Positions 51,301 through 61,910 of a stretch of 64,000 nucleotides of DNA are shown in pieces. Made by a program: the position numbers and the translations under genes. This stretch comes from Dendrobates tinctorius (taxonomy: Eukaryota). The stretch's first letter is position 1. Every line of letters starts with the position of its first letter. Where the stretch lies: contig NW_027361684.1 in NCBI RefSeq assembly GCF_039654945.1, forward strand, positions 39,928,001 through 39,992,000, written 5' to 3'. Under the pieces are notes generated by a model, which worked only from the letters and a program-made list of their open reading frames with translations, was not told the origin of the DNA and did no database searches.

Positions 51301-52175
51301 TGCAAAATAATACTCTTAAGAGTTTTGAACAATTGAGAACAGAATTTCACCTCCCGCACGTCTTCTTTTATCAGTACTTACAGCTAAGACATGCATTGGA
51401 AAAACAGAGAAGGACAAATCCGGTGATAGTGACACATAATCAAACACTACATATGCTACTTACATCTGAGTCTTCTAGGGGACTTATCTCTGAATTATAT
51501 AAAAGATTATTACCTGCCCATCTGGAGACATATCCACTGACTGCTGCTAAGAATAAGTGGGAACGGGACGTTGGCCCCCTGACGGAGGACCAGTGGTCCG
51601 ATATTCTAGAACAGGTCCCTAAAATGGCGGTTTCTGAGTGCCAGCGGCTTTCGCAAATATATCTCATTCACAGGGTATATAAAACACCCAGCTTATTATT
51701 TAAAATGGGACTTAGGCCCAATACACAATGTGTTAGGTGTGGGCAGGATGATGCCCACTTGATGCATGTTATGTGGGAGTGCGGGCACATTGGGGATTTC
51801 TGGAGGCAGACCCTGGGACTCATAGCCCAAGTATACCATATCACAATACGACCGTCACCTCGTCTATGTTTGTTGAATTTGTGGGAGGAGGGGGTTGACC
51901 CGGACTCTGCAGTGGCCCTGGGAATAGCACGCATCCTGTATCAGGCAAGAAAGATACTTGCATATCATTGGTTGGATCCTATGCCACCAACATTGTCAGA
52001 GCTTAAAAATAAACTAAATAATGTCATCAGATTGGAAAGGGGGGCTTATTTAAAAAGAAATGCATTAAGAAAGTTTTACAAAATTTGGCAGCCATGGATG
52101 GAGTCACCGGGTCTCCCCTCGGGCGCACTGGTACGGGATGCGATGTTGGACCAGTTGCTGTTGTGCTTGCGATGA
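48363..52175 (+). CDS. L1 ORF2p, 1270 aa: APE endonuclease, reverse transcriptase, Cys-rich C-terminus
   Basis: WNVRGL, ETH, GDFN, SRID, SDHSP (EN); KAPGMDG, LDAAKAFD, GTRQGCPLSPLLF, YADD, FKYLGI (RT); C-x2-C-x8-H-x4-C (CVRC...HVMWEC). Confidence 0.97.
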   Translation: MAISLNIVAWNVRGLGDANKRCAIFTNMQKFLPAILCMSETHMVKDNIHWLRKGWVSHEYHSTYSTHARGVSVLVHRSIPFSCTKSVVDPGGRFVCLLCTLYGIQFILVAIYIPPPYSVEPVKRILSILGSFPPAPTLLIGDFNTYLHPYLDKLHSGNISEDAASTSFARTLVELGMVDLWRVQNPTARQFSCYSSSHHAMSRIDLAIGNTLMTPYVRGVAYLPRSVSDHSPLHVTLSWGHPLTLSRPIWKLNPFWIQLIGGSLHDAILEYFQLNEYSASSHIVWDSMKAYVRGLYIREICTRKSQNRRYTQSLIQEVSVAEAAVILNPTEETKKALEKAQGSLRENLMSAAANKRYFLKQKYFIEGEGVGHLLATVIRAQDGSSYINRLKTDSGGPVTDSVDIVSEIRRYYMRLYTSDCSLTETEIERYLDALSLPALADSDRDSLDRDILLEELEEALGQMQNEKAPGMDGLPGEFYKTYAPLLLPKLLKVFEEAERQRVLPPSMREALIVLILKPGKDPEVPDSYCPISLLSTDVKLLAKVLANRMSRVISSVIQKDQTGFIPGRATSMNLRKLYLGIQHSSGELGGRAILSLDAAKAFDSLEWGFLWAVLRKMGFGHRFINWVRLLYGSPVAKVGANGRVSESFPLGRGTRQGCPLSPLLFATAVEPLAVAIRKSREIMGFRCGTVELRISLYADDLLLYLDKVHSSILPAMEVIREFGLRSGLRINWSKSALMPIDPLPADFSDLQIPVPVVRRFKYLGIIVSPAPKDFRALNLEPLLQRFRAKVHTWCRLPLSNIGRSNLIKMVMMPQLLYLIHNSPVWICRDFFAKINTLFRELIWKKKQARIRLEILQRGKEEGGLAVPNPFIYFIASQMQHLKGWGRDGACDNGGDIVREGSVWKNPGCRLEVGRRQINGARYPTLAMIFKVWDRGKSLLKINGPTELWPLWRNPDLQEIKKLVGFGRWEDKGIYLVSQILQNNTLKSFEQLRTEFHLPHVFFYQYLQLRHALEKQRRTNPVIVTHNQTLHMLLTSESSRGLISELYKRLLPAHLETYPLTAAKNKWERDVGPLTEDQWSDILEQVPKMAVSECQRLSQIYLIHRVYKTPSLLFKMGLRPNTQCVRCGQDDAHLMHVMWECGHIGDFWRQTLGLIAQVYHITIRPSPRLCLLNLWEEGVDPDSAVALGIARILYQARKILAYHWLDPMPPTLSELKNKLNNVIRLERGAYLKRNALRKFYKIWQPWMESPGLPSGALVRDAMLDQLLLCLR

Positions 52176-54264
52176 GGGGATGCTTGGGGGGTGAAAATAA
52201 AGTCTAGTGCCCTTTGTGGCGAAGTAGATTTTGAGTGGCGCGGTGGGAGGGAGCTGGGGTGGATTGGACCTGATATCCGTGGGGGGCGGGGGGGGGCGAA
52301 ATATGATGCGGAGTGGCGCGGCTGGCGGGGATGGTTTTCCCGCTGAAATGAGGCACTGATGTATAATTTTGATTTTTGTTTATTTGTGGAGCCATGTTGT
52401 TTATAGGCTCAATTTTATGCAAATATCTGTGTTTTGAGATTTCTTCTTTTTATTTATTCTTACACAGGAAGAGTTTTACCCTTTAAATAATATTTGCTCT
52501 CAATGTAAATTTTACTAGCTATATAAGATGTCATATTCTTTCTGTATTGATTCCTGAATGTTTAATAAAAAAGATCTGATTCAAAAAAAAGAAATGTGCG
52601 TCTCTATACTCGGGTGCAACATAACAGCGTGAATAATGGATTTTATATTTGGGTATATATCCTATAGTCTGGCAATGGGAAGAGTCAAGTATGCCAAGTA
52701 CATAATTCACATCACCTATAAGAATACTGTTTCTTCTTTTGTACTGTTAAAGGAAGAGGAAAGCAGAACGGACCATAAATCAAGGTCATTTCAGGATGTG
52801 ATGTATTGAAATAACTATTTGTATTATAGGAGCTCAGATAAAAGAGTTCACACTTCTCAGTTATCTGTCTTTCTAGTGGAAATTTTTATATATATGTAAA
52901 AGTTTAAAAAAAAAATATGGCAAAGCGCTTTTCCATTCAGCCTTTGAGTTTATACAATTTCACCCACATGGGGAGAAAAATAAAACAGAAATTTAACTAC
53001 ATTAAGTATCAGAAATGTCAATCTAAGCTGCGGATTTTCACACTGCAAATCCCCTGCAAGATTTGGTGCATATTTTGCCATTGAAGAAAATCCATAGCAT
53101 ATATGATCTGTGCAACTGATCCTCAACTGTAGTTACAAATGACTTGGAATAAGCTGCCGTGTGTGTCTAAGGAAAATGACAAGTTTTAGTGGTAAAAAAA
53201 AAAAAAAACAAACAATAAATGTAAGGATCATGTTTTTTGCATCTGTTAAGGTACAGTGTTTAAGATTAACAAGATTAACAATCTTAAACACCGTACCTCA
53301 AAAAGGGCTCTAACCTGAAAACGTCCAAAGGATCAATAAATCGTTTTGCCAAATTCAGTAGTCCATAAACTGCAATGGGCAGACTGGGGTATTATTCCTC
53401 CATATATTTCCAAATGCAATGTCGAACCTAATCCAGGATGAATTGAAAACAGTTTTGTTTTGGTGAACATTTTGCTTTTCTGTAGTCTTGTCTTAAGGCA
53501 CCATTCAGTTGTGTTGGATTGGTCACAGATTTTGGTTCAGATCCTATTCCAAAATCTGCATTACATGCACTGTACAAGGATTTCCTCAACCTCATTGTCA
53601 GATTTACAATATTTTTGCAAGCATTTTTGGCAGCGCCAAGGGGGAAAAAAAAGCCTGATTCAGAAATAAGTAGCATTCTCAATCTACTTATTTTGAAAGA
53701 TTCCTCCTAGTAAAGCAGAAGACTGATACAATTGATTCTCAATGGCGCTGAGCCTTATGTGGATCCCCAGTTGCCATGGATCATGTAGTAACTAGAAGTT
53801 AGGGCTCCTGTATAGCCTAATAGTTCTGGATACGATCACATTAAGAAATAAGGCTTGCAAAACAGAGAAATACCATCACTTATCTGATGGACCACAGTGC
53901 TACGGAGAATGAAGATGCACAAGCAGATATCATCAGGTCTGTAGATTTAAACTACACCCCTGTCAAAAAAAAAAAAAAAGGAGGGGGGGGGAGGGGGGAG
54001 ACAAGTGCATTTATACTCATTCACAGTAAGTTACATAAGATATAAAAAAGGAAAGACTTCATATGAACCAATACACTTTAATCCCCGGTTACACCGGGAC
54101 ATCACTTATGTAGAGCCTTGTTGAGGACACCGCTGCCACTATTGGTGTCTCAAATTCAGTAAAAAAAACAAATAATTGTCTGAAAGGCAGGAGCGGCACA
54201 TCTTCAAGTTGCTGCCATGCTACAGGAAGCCATTGTCCAACGAAAATCAAGTCTATCGTCATTA

Positions 54265-54503
54265 TCATGAGTCTGTGTCGGAGCCAGAACTGCTCTCCCG
54301 GCTGATCTCAATCTGTAAAGAAGGCAAGTTGTCCAGGCGGCTTTTCTTTTGCCGAATCTCTTCCTTCTCTTTGATTAAAGCTCCCCAGGCCTTCTGCAAC
54401 ACGGAGTCGTCTTCTTCTGGAGCTGCACTGGCCTTCTGCCCCTTCTCGGGGGTTTTTAGTTTGTCTTTAGGTGCCGCTGATCCTAGTCGATTCCACAAGC
54501 CTC
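54265..54503 (-). CDS. NCBP3: NCBP3 last coding exon
   Basis: ttccAG|GA GGC; GGLWNRLGSAAPK...EEDDSVLQKAWGALIKEKEEIRQKKSRLDNLPSLQIEISRESSSGSDTDS*, ending in tandem stops TGA TAA TGA. Confidence 0.94.
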
Positions 54504-55756
54504 CTGGAATTAATGAGAATCAGCAAAGTTACTCTAACATCAGGTCATATTTCAAAAATAATGATGCCCCAGATTTACACTGTGTGTAAAAAAAAATTAT
54601 AAAGAGGAAACCTTCCGTGAAAAGAAACTGGCATGTTAAGGCTACATTCACACTAGGCGTTTTTGCTGTTTTTTTTATGCTAATTCTCAGCTGCATTTAA
54701 CAGCACCAGCAAAACCCATGACATTTTCAGAAATCTCATGCACACACTTTTTGTCATCAGTATTTTGTGCTTTGCATAGTTTTTGGACAAAGCATGTCAC
54801 TTTCAGCGTTTTTACAGTGTTTTTCACCCACTGAAAGCAATGGGTGATGAAAAAGATGCTGACAATGGAAAAAAAAGCAAGTACCCCCATTTATTTTGTG
54901 ATTTATCCAGGTTTGCCATCTTGTCTTGGTCACCTGAGATGGCAGTTTGGATTAGTGTAGTTTCATTAAATTTGTCAGACAAAGGTGAGAGATTGAACAA
55001 TGCCTATGGCTGACCAAGGTGTGAGTTAGCACAATGTGTGAGCAACTCAATGGCAGAGCAAAGTGTGAAAGTTAAACAGTGTCCTACAAACTGAAAAACA
55101 GAAGAAATGAATGGCACCAAGACCAAACCATCAAGCCTGCGGTAGCGGATGAACGGCAAAAAGTGAACAGCGGTATACTAGCTTCGGGTTACTGGTGCAC
55201 AGAATTGAAAAAACCATCCAGAAGTAGAAAATTGTAGAAAAAATGCAGCACTCACCAATAACCAGTAATAAATGAAGTCCTTTATTCAGCCATGCAAGGC
55301 ATTTGGACACAGTTCATGGGACAAACAGGTGCAGGAGGGTAGCGGGGATAGAGCCGAACCTTTCTCCCTGCTGCCACTTGCCTCTTCCACCCTGCACTCC
55401 TCCCATGGCAGTACAAGCCAAGATGGCTGCTTTCCAACCACAAGTGATTCAACCAGACTATTGTGAAGCGAGAGATTTTCATCCTCATATCATTTTGATA
55501 ACTACGATCTAATCCGTATTTTTTAGTTGCAGCACATTTCTAAGGTCATGCATCAAAAAAACACAAATCTTTAAATGTCATTTTCTCTCAAAATTCAGAT
55601 GGCCGTGCATCTAAAGAAGATGGTCCCGTTACAGTGACCAAGAGAATTATGGAAATCAAACTGCTACAAGAAACACGACACACTGAAAACATTTGGAGTC
55701 AGTGATACAACTCCGGAATGACATCCATTATATGGACATCACTGGTGAATAAGGAC

Positions 55757-56021
55757 GCTGTAACTGCAGCACTGACATCTTCTATTAAATGGAATCGATT
55801 TATTCTTTAGCATACGCCTGTGTATTTTTTTTTTACAATGGGTATTAAATGCTGATGTATGCAATGCCACTGAAGGGATATACAATGGCATGTGTTAGAG
55901 TGTTAAGTCAGTGAGATATGGCAAAGAAATACCAAAAAATGTGGAGAAACCCAAACACAGGCGTATGCTAAAGAATACATCGATTCCATTTAATAGAAGA
56001 TGTCAGTGCTGCAGTTACAGC
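55757..56021. repeat. 67-bp inverted repeat (1 mismatch) in the last NCBP3 intron
   Basis: 55757-55823 is the reverse complement of 55955-56021; 131-nt loop. Confidence 0.85.
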
Positions 56022-56079
56022 AGAGTTAAGTGAACCAGATTTATTTATTTCACACAATTCGTGAATATCTATAACCAAC

Positions 56080-56250
56080 CTGCTTTCTTCTCTTTGCTGT
56101 CGGAGTAGAGTCCCTTCCCTTCCATTTGCTTTGGCACACCAAGCCGGCTGTGTACATCTGACACGGGTTCTCTGCGAGATTCCGTAACCTTACTCAAAAT
56201 CTTCCTTGGTTCTGGTGAATGCTGTCTTTTTCCGAGCCTCTGCCGCACAT
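56080..56250 (-). CDS. NCBP3: NCBP3 penultimate coding exon (absent from the ORF track)
   Basis: tatgtAG|AT; DVRQRLGKRQHSPEPRKILSKVTESRREPVSDVHSRLGVPKQMEGKGLYSDSKEKKA; donor G|GTTGGT. Confidence 0.92.
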
Positions 56251-56584
56251 CTACATAGAGGAACCGAAAACAGATTCTAAGATTCCGTTCAGCTCAAAGC
56301 GTTAAAGAGTAACTCACCTAATGGTTATTTCATAACTCAACGAGTACAAATGAAATTAGGAAGCTTTGGGGAGAAATCAGTTTTTCTTCCCCCCAATCAT
56401 GGACTGATCGTTCACTCTCAACTGTCCCAATCCTAGTGATTGTGACCCCCACACCTGGTCCTAGTAAGGTAAAGTGGCTGTTCTAATATGTCCATCAATC
56501 CAAATAATAAAAATACAGACCAAACATGAGGCTCTCCTGACAGCAGTTTGGAGCACTACAGCAAGCATGTTTAGGCGGTCTTAC

Positions 56585-56730
56585 CAGATTTTACACCGAT
56601 TGCTTGTCTACTTGTACCGCTCTGTCTCTTCTCTTCCAGTAAGAGCCGGATGTCAGCTGGCTTCTCAGAATGGGTTTTACTTCCAATCCGGTTTTTCACA
56701 CTACTAGTGGAATCTGATCTCATAGAGTTC
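56585..56730 (-). CDS. NCBP3: NCBP3 internal coding exon
   Basis: tacAG|G AAC; NSMRSDSTSSVKNRIGSKTHSEKPADIRLLLEEKRQSGTSRQAIGVKS; donor G|GTAAGA; phases fit both neighbours. Confidence 0.92.
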
Positions 56731-57808
56731 CTGTACAGGGAAAGAATGGAAGATGTTAACCATTTAGTAGGCAATAATAGAATACAGCCGAGCAGCTGAA
56801 TGGAAAGGCTAAACGTCGCTACAAATACGACACAGTGAAACCATATACACTCACAAGGAAAAGGATTTTAGAAGGGAACATACAATAAACATCTTTACTT
56901 TATGTGGCTAATATTTCACAATGATGCACAAGTACTATTTTTTTTTTATTTTAAAAAGCACCTATTTCATTAACTTACATTCAGAGTATGTTTCTAAGGG
57001 AACCTTATATTTTTTGTATGTGCCACCCCGCTTTGGTAGTTTTTTTTTAATTTTTTTAATGTAAACACTCATTTCATTACCTTACATTCACAGAACATGT
57101 TTCCAAAGAAACCTTATTACAACTTTTTTTTTTTTTTTTTTATACACCCCCCCCCCCCTTTAGTATACTTTGTTTTAGCAATATTGGGGCCTACTATAGT
57201 ACCAATATAAGGGCTGTATCAGCATTGCATCTATCCAAGGTATAAACAAGTTGTTGACTACTGGGGGGCATCCTTACTAATAAACACAATGGTGGTCCCG
57301 ACCCATCCGTTTGGACAGAGTGGTCTTCAAAGTTTATGGTGCTACCTGAATGTAGCACTTGTCTGTCAGTCCCACAGAATTTCAATGGAGCGGTAGTGCG
57401 CATCATCGACTGCAGCTCATTTCAAACAAAGGACTCGAGAGCCCTGTCTATGTGCAGTTCCCATTAGGGGCACAACTCTTAAGGTAGCCATACACATTAG
57501 ACGATTATGGGGCGCTCAGACTGTCCTGTGATGTTCTTGGAAAAAAAGGGCGGAATTTTAACACTCCAGTTGATTTTACTCTCAGGGGAGAAGAGGTGCC
57601 ATCAGAGCAGTCTGCAGCTGCGTATAGCTGTCAATCCAACAAGCGTTCATGTACAGTGATTTAATGTGTATGGCCAAGAAGGAAAAAGTATTGTACAGTG
57701 ACTCCCATATATAGGCTCATGATCACTTTTGGAATCAACACATTGTTCAGAAGATCATTTTCTAGGATACACCCCTTCCACCCTGAACCTTATTAGAAAG
57801 GGCCTTAC

Positions 57809-58079
57809 CTGATGGTTTTTAGTTGTGACTCCACTTCATCAGCATACATGGTCATCTTCATGCTCTTTTTTGGGGATGGAGTGGAGATCATCTTCAGTTC
57901 CAGATCATAGTCCATCTCATCGGAGTCTGAGGTGCTGGCTGCAGAACGTCTTGCTCCCTCTCGCTCTCTTTTAAAAGCCTGAAGTTCATCTCTGTACTCC
58001 ACAACAACACGGTCATCCTCATCCATGTCTTCTTCCTCCTCTTCTTCTTCTATTGGCTCTTCTGGAACATTCACCAGGC
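57809..58079 (-). CDS. NCBP3: NCBP3 internal coding exon (acidic region)
   Basis: tgtAG|GC CTG; GLVNVPEEPIEEEEEEEDMDEDDRVVVEY...SDSDEMDYDLELKMISTPSPKKSMKMTMYADEVESQLKTIR; donor AG|GTAAGG. Confidence 0.93.
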
Positions 58080-58229
58080 CTACATATCAGGCAAATATTC
58101 AACCTTTGAGCCAAGCTACGGAGCCAAAGGCCCCGAAAGCTCATTATCTATGAATAAGCCTAGACACATTGCAGAATCATTTTACTTTATAATGCAAACA
58201 AAAGAATACAGCAGCACTCTGCAATCACA

Positions 58230-58692
58230 GGCTGGTTTCACATTAGCGTTTTTTTGCACCGCGCATCGTGCACGTCCATGTGCATGCGTCATGCGCACCT
58301 ATGTTTAACATGGGGGGGCGCCTGGTCTAGCGTTTCAATGCGTTCTTATGCGTTTTCGTGCGCATGCGGTTTTTAAGGTGTGCGCCCAGGCGCGCCAGAC
58401 ACAACCTGTTGCATTTTTGGGTCCGTCCAACGGCGTAAAAAAAACCGCATGCTTGTGCACGGAACGCGACAAAATAACACACTACAGTCTATGGGAACAC
58501 AGGCATGTGAATGGACATGCGCACACCTGCGTTAAAAAACGCATGCGTTTTAAGAGTTAACATGGCTTGAAATTGGTTACAACGCTTGCGCCTAAAAAAC
58601 GCAAACGCATGCAAAACGCATGATGCGTTTTTTGCATGCGTTTCTATTGCGCACGAAGCACAGCGCTAAAAAACGCTAATGTGAAAGTAGCT
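58230..58692. mobile_element. Harbinger-type MITE (GCATGC-rich)
   Basis: GGCTGGTTTCACATTAGCGTTTTTT / AAAAAACGCTAATGTGAAAGTAGC. Confidence 0.75.
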
Positions 58693-58743
58693 TAAGATGT
58701 ATGCAAACATTGAATATATGAAATTGAGACGGCATTACTGCTA

Positions 58744-60471
58744 TATGTGCTTCTCACAAAATTAGAAGATCAAAAAGTTAATTTATTTCAATTCAATACA
58801 AAAAGTGAAACTCATTATATAGAGTTGATGGGCAGCACGGTGGCTCAGTGGTTAGCACTGCAGCCTTGCAGCTCTGGAATCCTGGGTTCAAATCCCACCA
58901 AGGACAACATCTGCAAGGAGTTTGTATGTTCTCCTTATGTTTGCGTGGGTTTCCTCCCACATTCCAAAGACATACTGATCGGGAATTTAGATTGTGAGCC
59001 CCATCGAGGACAGCGATGATAATATCTGTGCAAACTGTAAAGCTCTGTGGAATATGTTAGCGCTATCTAAAAATAAAATTATTATGATTATGGCTTACAG
59101 CCAATGAAAACCCAAAGTCGTTATCTCAGTAAATTAGAATTAACAAAAAACACCTGCAAATGCTTCCTAAGCCGTTAAAAAGGTCCCTTAGTCTGTATCA
59201 GTAGGCTCCACAATCATGGGGATGAATGCTGACTTGATGACAGATGTCCAGAAGGCAGTCATTGACACACTCCACAAGGAGGGTAAGCCACAAAAGGTCA
59301 TTGCTAAAGAAGCTGGCTGTTCACAGAGTGCTGTATCCAAGCATAATAATGTAAAGTCGAGTGGAAGGAAAAAGTGTGGTAGAAAAAGGTGCACAAGCAA
59401 CCGGGATAACCACAGCCTTGAAAGGATTGGTAAGAAAAGGCCATTCAAAAATTTGTGAGAGATTCACAAGGAGTGGACTGCTGCTGGAGTCATTTCTTCA
59501 AGAGCCATCACACACAGACGTATCCAGGACATGGGCTACAAGTGTCACATTCCTTGTGTCAAGCCACTCATGACCAATAGACAATGCCAGAAGCGTCTTA
59601 CCTGGGGGGTCAAGGAGAAAAAGAACTGGACTGTTGCTCAGTGGTCCAAGGTGTTTTCAGATGAAAGTAAATTTTGCATTTAATTTGGAAATCAAGGTCC
59701 CAGAGTCTGGAGGAAGAGTGGAGAGGCCATAATCCAAGCTGCTTGAGGTGTAGTGGGAAGTTTCCACAGTGATGGTTTGGGGAGCCATGTCATCTTCTGG
59801 TGTAGGTACACTTTTATCAAGACCAAAGTCAGCGCAGCCGTCTTACCAGGAAATTTTAGAGCACTTCATGCTTCCCTTTGCTGACAAGCTTTTTGGAGAT
59901 GGAAATTTCATTCTCCAGCAGGACTTGGCTCCTGTCCACACTGCCAAAAGTACCAATACCTGGTTTATAAACAATAGTATCACTGTGCTTCATTAGCCAG
60001 AAAACTCACCTGACCTTAACCCCATAGAGAATCTATGGGGTATTGTCAAGAGGAATTTGAGAGACACCAGACCCAACAATGCAGACGAGCTGAAGGCTGC
60101 AATCACAGCAACCTGGGCTTCCATAACACCTCAGCAGTGCCACAGGCTGATCACCTCCACGCCACATTGATGCAGAACGAGCCCTGACCAGGTATTGAGT
60201 GCATTTACTGAACATACATTTCAGTAGGCCAACATTTCGGATTTTAAAATCATTTTTTCAAGCTGGTGTTATAAAGTATTCTAATTTACTGAGATAATGG
60301 CTTTTGGGTTTTCATTGGCTGTAAGCCATAATCATCAACATTCACAGAAATAAACACGTGAAATAGATAACTCAGTTTGTAATCACTCGATATACGAGTT
60401 TCACTTTTTGTATTGAAGAACTGAAATAAATTAACTTTTTGATGATATTCTAATTCAGTGAGAAGCACTTG
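58744..60471 (+). mobile_element. Tc1 transposon, degenerate, with a SINE inside its left TIR
   Basis: Ends TATGTGCTTCTCAC...GTGAGAAGCACTTG with TA flanks. Fragments ADL(M)[51 protein letters not shown]. Confidence 0.9.
58830..59085 (+). mobile_element. tRNA-derived SINE (V-SINE-like)
   Basis: A box TGGCTCAGTGG (58841), B box GGTTCAAATCC (about 58885), core GGAGTTTGTATGTTCTCC...GTGGGTTTCCTCC, tail AATAAAATTATTAT. Confidence 0.9.
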
Positions 60472-61910
60472 TAGGCTATACTTCTAAAAATGAAAGTACA
60501 TAGCTCCTAAATTGGCTAATTCATGAGAGCCCACAACTCACGACAAGGCATACCTTTCTTCAAGCATATTCTATATAGCAGTAATGCAATCCCAATTTCA
60601 TATGGTCAATCTCTGCATGCATCTTAGTGCTTACTGAGTGCTGCTGTGTTCTTTTATTTGCTTTTCCGCAGTTATAGCAGCTTGCACCTGTTCACACTTT
60701 ATTTTTTTCCGAGGTGCTGGTCAGATTTTTGCAGTAAAACGATTTTGCTGCTGACCTGGCATGGTGCAAATCATTACACAGCAAAACAAGGTCACATCAT
60801 GCTGGCTTGTCTGCACAATATAGAGTTTTCACAGCAATGCATTGTAAGTAGTTTTATTTTTTTACCCATCTACTACTGTCTCTAAATGTACAAAACACGT
60901 GTTTCTTCATTTGCTTGATGGACAAAGTTGTAAACTTAATAGTTAGGAGACTGATAAACAGGTACATATAAAGAAATAGCTTAGTCAAACACACTTATTG
61001 AAGAAAAAAGCAGCAAGCTGCATTGTATGACCACTTTATTCATCTGGTAGGCTAAAAAAAAAAAAAAATCCAAATGCAAACCAAAAACTAACAGAAAACC
61101 AAGGCTAGGTTCACATTTGTGTCTCACACAAGTTTCAAAAGTTTAACCAAAATAAAAAGTACAGCGTGCAAAGTTTTTTTTTCTTTGCCATAAAAATTAT
61201 GCCCATCCCAACAGAAACCACACAGACCCCACAATAGTTAAGGGCACTGGCACCGATTGTGTTGTACAATGGATCAGTTTCTTCCAGATGTACCAGTTTT
61301 CTAATCCTGTAACAGACCAGAAAATTGGAACCCCTAACACCAGTGTGAGCCTCGCCTGAACTGCACATCAACAGTCAGTTCTCAGAAAGGAAGACTTCCG
61401 AAACGCGCGTCGGGGCGCGGTCCACTGGCACACCGCTTCTCCCACCTCCTGGCATCTGCAGGTAATCAATTCCACCATTACAGCCCTTCATGGCCCTATT
61501 TGTTGGCACTATTCTTAAGTCAGCAGCGCACATGTGACATTTACCACCTTGATCTGTTTGGATATATATGCTCACGGTTCATAGACACTTTTTGCATATT
61601 CCTTGCACATTGCATTTATTGCACATTTAGCAAAACTTGAGCATCGTTTATTGTGTTATATACTTCACATTTTTCCAGCATTTTTTGAACTTTTTGCACA
61701 TTTGTTTGTATACTTATTTTTTACAGTTCCGGCACGGTGCACTTGCACCTTGGCACAGGTCCATGTATCTTATTGTGATATTTGTTGTTTGCACACTTTT
61801 TTGCACTTATTGCACTTTATACAACCCCGAGCTGCTTACACAATTTTTTCAAAGGGTTCATTTTAAATCTGCGATAGGTTGTGTGGTATTGAGGACTATT
61901 TTTTTTTTAA

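Larger units (their letters stand above)
46664..52589 (+). mobile_element. Full-length L1 (LINE-1) retrotransposon, about 5.9 kb
   Basis: Perfect 16-bp TSD AGAAATGTGCGTCTCT (46648-46663, 52590-52605) at a TT/AGAA site. 5' end GGGGGCGTGGCC; ORF1 + spacer + ORF2; G-rich 3' UTR; AATAAA and short A tail. Confidence 0.97.

Noticed and set aside
53250-53345. Small hairpin plus ACCT...GAAAACGTC as another hammerhead
   Set aside because: Too degenerate: core and stems cannot be assigned with confidence, though it may be a Penelope-like relic.
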